From Anaeramoeba ignava BMAN (Eukaryota > Protista > Anaeramoebae), in NCBI GenBank assembly GCA_028826165.1, contig JAPDFW010000060.1, positions 62,001 to 126,000 on the forward strand: 64,000 bases of DNA, given 5' to 3'. Below the pieces are notes generated by a model, which saw only the letters and a program-made list of their open reading frames with translations, was not told the origin of the DNA and did no database searches. Shown here piece after piece: positions 55,529 to 64,000 of this stretch. The position numbers and the translations under genes are program-made. How positions within the stretch are numbered: the stretch's first letter is position 1; every line of letters begins with the position of its first letter.

Positions 55529-58500
55529 TCATTTCTTGTCAGAATCCTTTTTAACAGACTTAAATTTTTTATCAGATTTTGTCATATGCTCAGGATCTAA
55601 ACTATTAATTGCTCCTATCAAAGAATAATAAACAGCATTAAGAAAAGTTTTTGGAATAAGAGAAGCATCAGTTCCTTTTTTAACAATTCTTTTAAAAAAA
55701 CCATGTTTTTGATCGTTATCTGAAGTTGTATAACTATCAACAATTTCATTAAAACCACTTGAAATTTCTTTCCAAGCTTTTTTAAATCCTTGTTTCATAT
55801 TTGAAGGTTGTTCAGCTGAAACCATTGAAATTCGACTAAATTTATCGTTTTTTTTAATCAAATCTAAAGCCTTTTGAGAAAAATCCGTAAATGCAACTCC
55901 AGTTTCAAGTCCTTCAAGTAAAATTGCTTTTGTTAATGATTCTGTGCCTTTCCAAATGCCTATTAAAACACTTCCTCCTGATCGATATTGATCTACTGGT
56001 TTTTTGATAAATTCTTTTAATCCTTTCCCAATGTTTTTAAATGATCCAATTACTGGTAAATATCCTGCAACTGATAAAATTCTTCTTTTCTGTTTGAGAG
56101 ATTTGATATAATGGTTTTTTAATTCTTGAGCTAATTCATCAAGTCCATTTTGCTAAAAATTTTAATTTTTAATAAAAGAAAGAAAGAAAAAAATTTTTTT
56201 TTTTGAGTAAAAAAGTGGAACAAAATTATTTTTTTTATGATAATTATAATTACACCTATAATTTTAATTCCTGGTACTTTCAAATATACATCATTAATCT
56301 CTGCTGCGATTTCTCCTTGTAAAGTATATGTCAAACAAATTTCAAATTCCAAAGCATTAATTGAAAATTCCTCTATTTAAAAGAAAAAAAGAAAAAGAAA
56401 ATTTTTTTGATTTAATTAGAAAATTTGTTTTTGTTTGAAGAAGGAAAAAGAAAAGTGAAATGTTTACGGATAAACGGTTTTGGTTTTTTCACTTCGAGAT
56501 ATTCAAATGTTTTCGGATATCGAAAAGAGAAGAAACGAGTGATAAAATCAAGAACTCTCATATCAAGATTCAAACGAAGTGGAAGAATAAAAAGACTCAT
56601 TCTCCATTCTTCTGTTGCTTCTTTGATTTGGGTTTGCGATTCTGGATTTGGATAAATTGCTGAAAACATAAAGTGGATCAAAGATCGAAACTTGTCTTTT
56701 GGCAAACCATGATGGTATCTATAGTTGAATAAAGTGAAATATTGACTAGATGAGATGTGATCAAGAATTTTCATTTCTCCAACATTGAAATCAAGTGCAA
56801 ATTTGAACAAGGATTTGCGCGGAAAGAGAAAGAAAGTGCCGTGAATGTTATTCAGATCAAATTCTAAATGATCTGTTGAAATAATTGATTGCTTTTCAAT
56901 TTTTAATTCTTTTGCTTTCTCGTTTTCTTTGTTTAAATTTGCCTCGTTTTCTTCATTTGGATAATTATAAATTTTAATTGAAAACTCATTTCTTTCAATC
57001 ATTTTGCTTCTGCTATTTCTTAATTCTTTCAGTTTTTCGTTTTTCTTTCTTTCTTTTTGCAGCACAAAATCATATCCATCAAATAAATTAACTTTTGCAG
57101 ATAAATTTGTGAATTGAATAATCACTTTGGCATTTTTCCGATATTGATCAAGTTCTTTTTCTTTTTCGGGTGGCCATTGACTTGGGAGATTTAAATAATC
57201 GCGAAATGTGACTCCAATATTATCAATAACTTCTTCCTCATTCCAGTTTACAATAAAATTCTCGGATTTGATAGTTTTAATTGCTTTATTTTCTTGTATT
57301 TTATTAATTGATTCAAATAATTTGATTTCTTGATTAAAATTCTTTATTTTTTGATTTTTGATGAATAAATTTTCATTTTTTTCATTATCATTATCATTAT
57401 CATTATCATTATCGTTATCATTATCATTATCGTTATCATTATCATTATCATTATCATTATCATTATCATTATCATTATCATTATCATTATCATTATCATC
57501 ATTTTCTAAATCAGAATCATCATTAAGTGGCTTTCCGTTTTGTGGTTGAATTTCCGGAACAATTGGTCGATATTCTTCTGGAAGATCTACTAAATAGTTC
57601 AAATGATCAATAACAGAAATGATTGCCTGAAGAGAATCACATCTTAAATTAACTTCCAATGTTTCATTATTGATATTCGCCTTTAAAAATGATCCATTTT
57701 GATTTTGATTTTGATTTTGATTTTGATTTTGATTTTGATTTTGATTTTGATTTTGATTTTCTTTTTTCATTTCCAAGTCGATTGTAAGTTTGGGTAATGA
57801 CATCACTTCCACAAAATCATATAAATCTTGATAATCAAAACATTTATATAAATTATTCAATCTTTCCTTTTGTTGATTTGAGATGTAGAATTTTAGTTTT
57901 TCTAGTGAAATTGAAATGGATTTTTTGGAAGATAAACTCATGATTTTTTGGAATAAATGAAAAGATCCAATTCGAATCAAAGCATTAAAATTAGCATTTT
58001 CTGGTGAATAACAAATATAACTATTGCTTATAGTAATCATTAAATGCAATGCTTGTGATTTCATATTCACTTCTTTATTAATTAATTGTTGTGAATTTGA
58101 TTCATCTGGAAAATCATCGTTAAAATTTTGATTTTTTTTGAATAATATTTCTGATGATTTTTTGGTAATTAAAGATGAGATATTGATCACTCTTTGAAGT
58201 GTTTCAGGTCGAATAACATGCATATATTGTAAATTTTTCAATTTTAAAGACACAATTGATTCTGATGAAAAATCTTTTTGGGAAATCATTTTGGGACTTT
58301 TGTTTTCAATAAAGAAAAATTTTATCATTTTTTGTTCAGATTTTAAAGATCCAGATTGTGCTTTAGAAAGGATAACATATTTATTTTCTTTGTTTTTTGA
58401 GCTTTCATCATATTCTTCATCTTCAAAAGCAAACTCTTCGGTTTGTAAACAAAAATAATTACATTTTTCTTTGTAAATTTGAGATGCAAAATATATTTGA

Positions 58501-61500
58501 GTGCTGAAAAAAGAAAGTAGAAAAGAATGTTTTCTTGGAATTAAAGCAGTTGGAAATTGTTTCTGAGAACTTTCTGAAATTGAAATTAAAAATTCATCAA
58601 ATGTAATAAACATGGAAAGTTTAGTTGGTAAAAATTTCAATTCATTTTCATTTTCATTTTCATTTTCTTTTTGATTTTCTTTTTGATTTTCTTTTTGATT
58701 TTCTTTTTGATTTTCTTTTTGATTTTCTTTTTCTTTTTCTGGTTTTGATTTAAATATTTTGTTTTTAATAATTGAAAAAAAATCAATCAGAAGCAAAATT
58801 TCATTTGTTGTAAAATTTAATTCAATATGAGGAAAATTGAAATCAATCGAAATTAATGAGTTTTGAAGTAAATATCCATGGAAACTAATTCTATTCTTCT
58901 CATTCATAATTGAAAATCCAGGATATTTCCCATAAAATTTACTTGCTTGTTCTTGTTCTTCATCTTTATGTCTTGCAGGTTCAATTTGTTGATTTGAAGT
59001 AAATTTGTTGAAATAAATATTAATTTTTGCATTATTTCCTTCTCCATTTCTATATGTTGTTGATGTAATTAAGAAATTATTTTCTGGTGTAATTTCGATT
59101 TCGGAATTATTTGTATTTGATTGATTTTCTTGTGTATTTTCCAAGTTTGGATCTGGTTTATATTCTCTTATTTCTTGACTTAAATTTAGAATATCGTTTT
59201 CCAAATCGTATTTGTGATTTTTGTTGGTGTTATTAGTATTATTGAATAAAAAGGATTTGTCTTCAAATTCATCACTAATAGTTAAATCTCTTAATTTTGA
59301 TATATTTCCTGATAAACTGTGGAATTCAAAAAGGATATGATGTCTAACATCTTCTGAAGTAATTTCTACTTTTTTTAAATCCAATACAAATTGAAGTTCC
59401 TCATTTATAAATACTATCACTGAAAATTGAAAGATATCCCCTTTAATATGAATTATTTTTTTGGTTTTTTCTTGGTCTTCATTATAAAAATTATAGCTAT
59501 CATCTTCAAAACTGTCAGATCGTTTTTCTTGATCAACTTGTGAGTTTTTTTTCATATTTTGAATAATTGGTTGAATTTGGGTCCAAATCTTCATTATCCA
59601 GATTATAATTGATGATTCGATAAAAAATTGCAAAGAATCACTTGATATTTTAATTTTGGATTCATTTGATTTTGGATCATCAATAAATTCAAAATGGAAA
59701 CGAATTTTAAGCTTGTCATCATTTTGATTTCTTTGAAATTGAATGATTTCATGTTTTTTTTGTTTGTTGAATTTGAAAGAGTATGCTGAAAAATTAAAAT
59801 ATGCTAACGAAATTTTGAAAAGAAATTCCATTCCTTGTTCTAAATTAATATGAATTTTGGAGAATTTGATTTTGAAATAATTATTTAATTTAAGTAATTC
59901 CTAAAAATCGAAAAAGACAAGAAAATATTTAAATTAAATTAAATTAAATTAAATTAAATTTTAAAATTAAAATTTTTTTTTTTACATAAGTTATGCTTTT
60001 TTCATCAGTAAAACAAATAACAAATTTGGATATCGATAAATCCAAAAGAAATTTTAAAGATTTTTGTTTTTCATTTTGTTTTTCAAAATCTTCTTGGTTA
60101 AAACTATCTAATGAATAAAAACTTGACATAGAATTCATTTGTGAGAAAGACATATTCATTTTTTTCATTTGCTGTTTTTCAATAAAATCCATTATAGCAT
60201 CAATATCATCATCACTAAATGCTGGCGATTGTGATTTTTGATTTTGATTATCAGAATCTGATGAAAAACTTTCAAATTCATCAGAATCTAAATTTTTGTC
60301 AAGATTTATTTCTTGATTTATTTCTTGATTTATTTCTTGATTTATTTCTTGATTTATTTCTTCGTTTGATTCATCAAAATCAATATTATCATAAATTGAA
60401 TCATCATCATAAATTTCACTTTCATTTTCACTTTCATTTTCATTATCATTTTCATTTTCATTTTCATTTTCATTTTCATTTTCATCTAAATCAATAGACT
60501 CATTTTCATTTTCTTCATATTTCGTTTTAGATATTTCTTTCTTCTCCTCTTCTATATATTTTTTAAATTTATCATGCCTGTTTTTTTGATTGAATTGATT
60601 TCCAATTTGATTTAAAATGAGCAAAAATAACTTTAAATTTTGTAAATTAAGTAAAATTTGAATTTTCCCAAATGAAATTGAGATACGAGTTGGTGATTTC
60701 AATTTGGAAAAGAAATTTTTCTCTTTGATTTCTTTTTTTGGTTCTTTAATTGAAAATATATCAAGTTTAGTTGGCTTTTCTTGAATTGTCAAAATCTTTT
60801 CGAAATTTTGAGAATTAATATTTGAATCAATTTTGAAAGACATCTTTTTTGTTTGTTTGTTTGTTTTTTTTTTTTGATTTAAAATTATAAAATTAAGAAT
60901 TAGATTTTTTCAAAATAAGCATATTAAAAATATTAAAAATAATAATAATATACTTGAATATTTATAATTTCAATATTTCTTGAAATTGATCCTTTTGAAT
61001 TATTTTCAGAATTTTCTTCTGTTTCAAATGATAAATCAATTTGATCCAAATTATTATTCTTTAAAAGTAAATATTCAGAAAAAGTTGATTGTTTTAAGAA
61101 AATTGATTCAATTTCTAATTTAAAATAAGCATTAAGATCAGATGAAAAATTTAATGATTCTAATCCAGTTGAATCTTTTTCAATAATTAAAGTAAATTTT
61201 TCAATTTGAATAGTTGTATTGCTAATTAAATTTTTGATAAATTTTTGAAAGAAACCAGGTTCTTGTTCAATTATTTTTTTATTTTTATTTTTATTTTGAT
61301 TTTTATGATTTTGATTTTTTAAATCAAATTGAAAACTTGATAATTTTAGATGAATAAATATTTTTTTCACTTGAATTTCACATTTTTCAAAAGTTAAAGG
61401 AATTGAAGCTTTAATTTTTCCAATTGAACCATTTATCAAAATAAAAGGAAGAGATAAATCTTTTAACTTTTGATTTATTGTCTAAATGTAAAAAAGTTTT

Positions 61501-61758
61501 TATTAATTCATTTCAATTTTTCATTTAGCAAAAAATATATATAAAAAATATAAATTTTTTTATTATAATTACATCAACTGATAATTCAACATTTTCTAAA
61601 TCAAGTGTAAAATCTTCTCTTGTTATTATTGGTTTACAATTATTATAATTAATTCCTTCACTTAAATAATCTCCTGCAACAAAACTTATTAAATAAGCTA
61701 AAATTCTGTTTGGAGATTTTAAAACTCTTTCTTTAAAAAAATTTATTAATGAATCCAT
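55529..61758 (-). CDS. ATG2: Autophagy-related protein 2 (chorein-N to ATG_C lipid-transfer protein), ~6 exons
   Basis: N-terminus GDYL...LENVELSVD|TINQKL..LPFILINGSIGKIKASIP. LPLRLNLDMRVLDFITRFF. C-terminus IGKGLKELI..PVEQYR, EQPSNMKQGF..AW and LIGAINSLDPE....KKFK. Confidence 0.85.
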
Positions 61759-62298
61759 AATAAAAAAAACTGAAAAAAACTGAAAAAAACTGAAAAAAAA
61801 AATGAAAAAAATGAAAAATTTTTTTTCCCATTTTTTCAATAATTTTTATTTTAATTTCAATTTTAATTTCAATTTTAATTTCAATTTTAATTTTGATTTT
61901 GATTTTAATTTCAATTTTAATTTCAATTTTAATTTCAATTTTAATTTCAATTTTAATTTTGATATTGATTTTAATTTCAATTTTGATTTTGATTTTGATT
62001 TCAATTTTAATTTCAATTTTAATTTTAATTTTAATTTTGATTTTAATTTTGATTTTAATTTTGATTTTAATTTTAATTTTTATTTCAATTTTGATTTTAA
62101 TTTTAATTTTAATTTTAATTTTGATTTTCATTTAAATTTTGATTTTGATTTTAATTTTAATTTTGATTTTGATTTTAATTTTAATTTTAATTTTCTTTTT
62201 CATTTTCATTTTGGTTTTAATTTTGATTTGAATTTTCATTTTCATTTTCTTTTTGATTTGTTTTGATCTTGATTTTCATTTTAATTTCAATTTTCAAT

Positions 62299-64000
62299 TT
62301 AATCTCGGTTTTGATCTTGATTTTCATTTTCATTTTCATTTTCATTTTCATTTTCATTTTCTTTTTCTTTTTCTTTTTCTTTTTCTTTTTCTTTTTCGTT
62401 TTGATTTTTGTTTTGATTTTGATTTTGATTTTGATTTTTATTAGTATCTTCTTGATTTGTTAATTGTTTATTTCTTTCTTCAGTAAGTTCATTAATAGTA
62501 ACAGTAGCCAACTTTTCAAATTCATCATCAAAAACTTCATTAGAAACAAGATTAACAAAATTGTTTAGAGAAGAATGAGAATTTTGAGGAGAAATAAGAG
62601 AAGATAAAGAAACAACAACAACAGAAATATTATCTAAAGATCCTCTATTCAAAGCGATATTTCTAAGTTTGACAGCAATAAGATTTGGATCCAAATGAGA
62701 ATTATTATTAACAATATCAACAGCTTCTTGGTCAGAAATAACATCCCAAATACCATCACAACCCAAGATAATATGCTTTGTTTCTGGTGTGATTTCAAAT
62801 GTTGTGATTTCGGGATCTGATGAAAAAAATGGTTGAAAAAGTATATCTCCAAGTCCTCTTGAAACTCCAAGAACTCCGTTAATTCTTCCATCTTCTGTTA
62901 CTGAACCTCCTATTTCAAGTATTCTTTTTCTTTCTTCTACATCTGTTGGTTTATGATCTCGTGTTAATCTTATTCCAACTCCATTCTTGTTTAAAACTGC
63001 TCTGGAATCTCCACAATTAATTATATGACAAATTTTAGATGTTAGTAACGCAATAACAACTGTAGTTCCACTTTCTTCTCGTATGTTTTTGAATAGAATA
63101 TTGAATTTATTGAAAATTTGTGAAATTTTTTCTTTTAATTTTTCATCTTGATTAAAAATTTGATTTTCTAATTGATTTTCTAATTGATTTTCTAATTGAT
63201 TTTGATTTTCTAATTGATTTTCTAATTGATTTTCTAATTGATTTTGATTTTCTAAATGATTTTGATTTTCATTTTCATTTTCATTTTGATTTTGATTTTG
63301 ATTTTCATTTTGATTTTCATTTTCATTTTCATTTTCATTTTGATTTTCATTTTGATTTTCATTTTGATTTTCATTTTGATTTTCATTTTGATTTTCATTT
63401 TCATTTTCATTTTGATTTTGATTTTGATTTTGATTTTGATTTTTATTTTCATTTTGATTTTGATTTTCATTTTCATTTTGTGAAGGAAATATTTCATCAA
63501 CTATTTTGGATATTTCTTTGGAAATTAACAAAGATGCATAATTTGAACAATGTCTTCCACCATGACCATCATAAACACCAATAAAATCAATACTTAAATT
63601 CTTTCCAATATCACATTGAATATCAATTGCATCTTCCATTCCTGGTCTTCTTCCCCAAATTTCTGAATATCCAACTCCATGAAATTTACTTTTAAGATTA
63701 AATGCTTTTCCATTACATTTAGGAAATAAATTAGTATCATAATCAAAAATAAGTTCATTAAGATTTGGGAAGAAAGTTCTTGCTTTTAATAATTCACCAT
63801 TTTCCGAATATATTTGAAATTTTGTTAATTTATCTTGGAATTCATGTTCAATTGTATTTCCTTCAAGATGAACAATTTCTAATGTAGGATGATTTGAAAG
63901 TATTGAAAGATCTAAATTATTTGCATTATTATGAGAAATTTTCAAGCATTGGAATATTCTTAAATCTTTTAAATCTTTTAATTCTTCTGATGAAATTTTC
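62299..64000 (-). CDS. LRR-containing PP2C-family phosphatase (5' end lies outside the window)
   Basis: GRRPGMED, GVYDGHGG, SGTT, NCGDSRAVL, RDHKP, LGVSRGLGD, GCDGIWD and GSLDNIS. LRR-like segments upstream and a large NQ/NE insertion. Confidence 0.9.
   Translation of the reverse strand, partial: KISSEELKDLKDLRIFQCLKISHNNANNLDLSILSNHPTLEIVHLEGNTIEHEFQDKLTKFQIYSENGELLKARTFFPNLNELIFDYDTNLFPKCNGKAFNLKSKFHGVGYSEIWGRRPGMEDAIDIQCDIGKNLSIDFIGVYDGHGGRHCSNYASLLISKEISKIVDEIFPSQNENENQNQNENKNQNQNQNQNQNENENENQNENQNENQNENQNENQNENENENENQNENQNQNQNENENENQNHLENQNQLENQLENQLENQNQLENQLENQLENQIFNQDEKLKEKISQIFNKFNILFKNIREESGTTVVIALLTSKICHIINCGDSRAVLNKNGVGIRLTRDHKPTDVEERKRILEIGGSVTEDGRINGVLGVSRGLGDILFQPFFSSDPEITTFEITPETKHIILGCDGIWDVISDQEAVDIVNNNSHLDPNLIAVKLRNIALNRGSLDNISVVVVSLSSLISPQNSHSSLNNFVNLVSNEVFDDEFEKLATVTINELTEERNKQLTNQEDTNKNQNQNQNQNKNQNEKEKEKEKEKEKENENENENENENENQDQNRD

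Noticed and set aside
1-64000. Inteins, transposases, reverse transcriptases, rRNA/tRNA genes, U12-type introns
   Set aside because: I saw no Hint or LAGLIDADG motifs, TE ORFs, structured-RNA signatures or (G/A)TATCC donors. A covariance-model scan would be needed to exclude small ncRNAs.
1-64000. Non-standard genetic code (stop reassignment)
   Set aside because: Conserved genes translate fully with the standard code and end in TAA or TGA. The interruptions are explained by introns or single-base indels.

Overview
This is a very AT-rich, gene-dense eukaryotic (protist) genomic window, not a prokaryotic one. It has GT-AG spliceosomal introns, hexamer microsatellites in most spacers and introns, and TCATTTTT initiator-like motifs before start codons. 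It also has an enzyme with an MLS...RF hydrogenosome-type presequence. These features suggest an anaerobic metamonad, possibly Anaeramoeba (inference only). About 31 protein genes can be reconstructed by hand. There are three tandem arrays: 3 two-TM Cys-loop membrane proteins, 5 RCC1-BTB proteins with a divergent actin inserted, and 6 Rho GTPases lacking the catalytic Gln. Recognisable single genes include an SH3-PX-BAR sorting nexin, ZNHIT2, EIF1AD, thiolase, PAAF1, WDR11, IMP4, PAC4-like, ATG2, LRR-PP2C and DRC2-like. The main findings are: (1) a spliced ~1737-aa gene joining ~7 TM helices, a longin-like domain, an internal WASP-type VCA module and a SPRY domain, a candidate integral-membrane Arp2/3 activator; (2) an RCC1-BTB array with hypervariable propeller loops on a near-invariant scaffold; (3) the predicted GTPase-deficient Rho array; (4) a prokaryote-like Fe-S flavoprotein fusion that has gained introns and an organelle-targeting exon. 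All domain calls come from motif recognition by eye. No searches were run.
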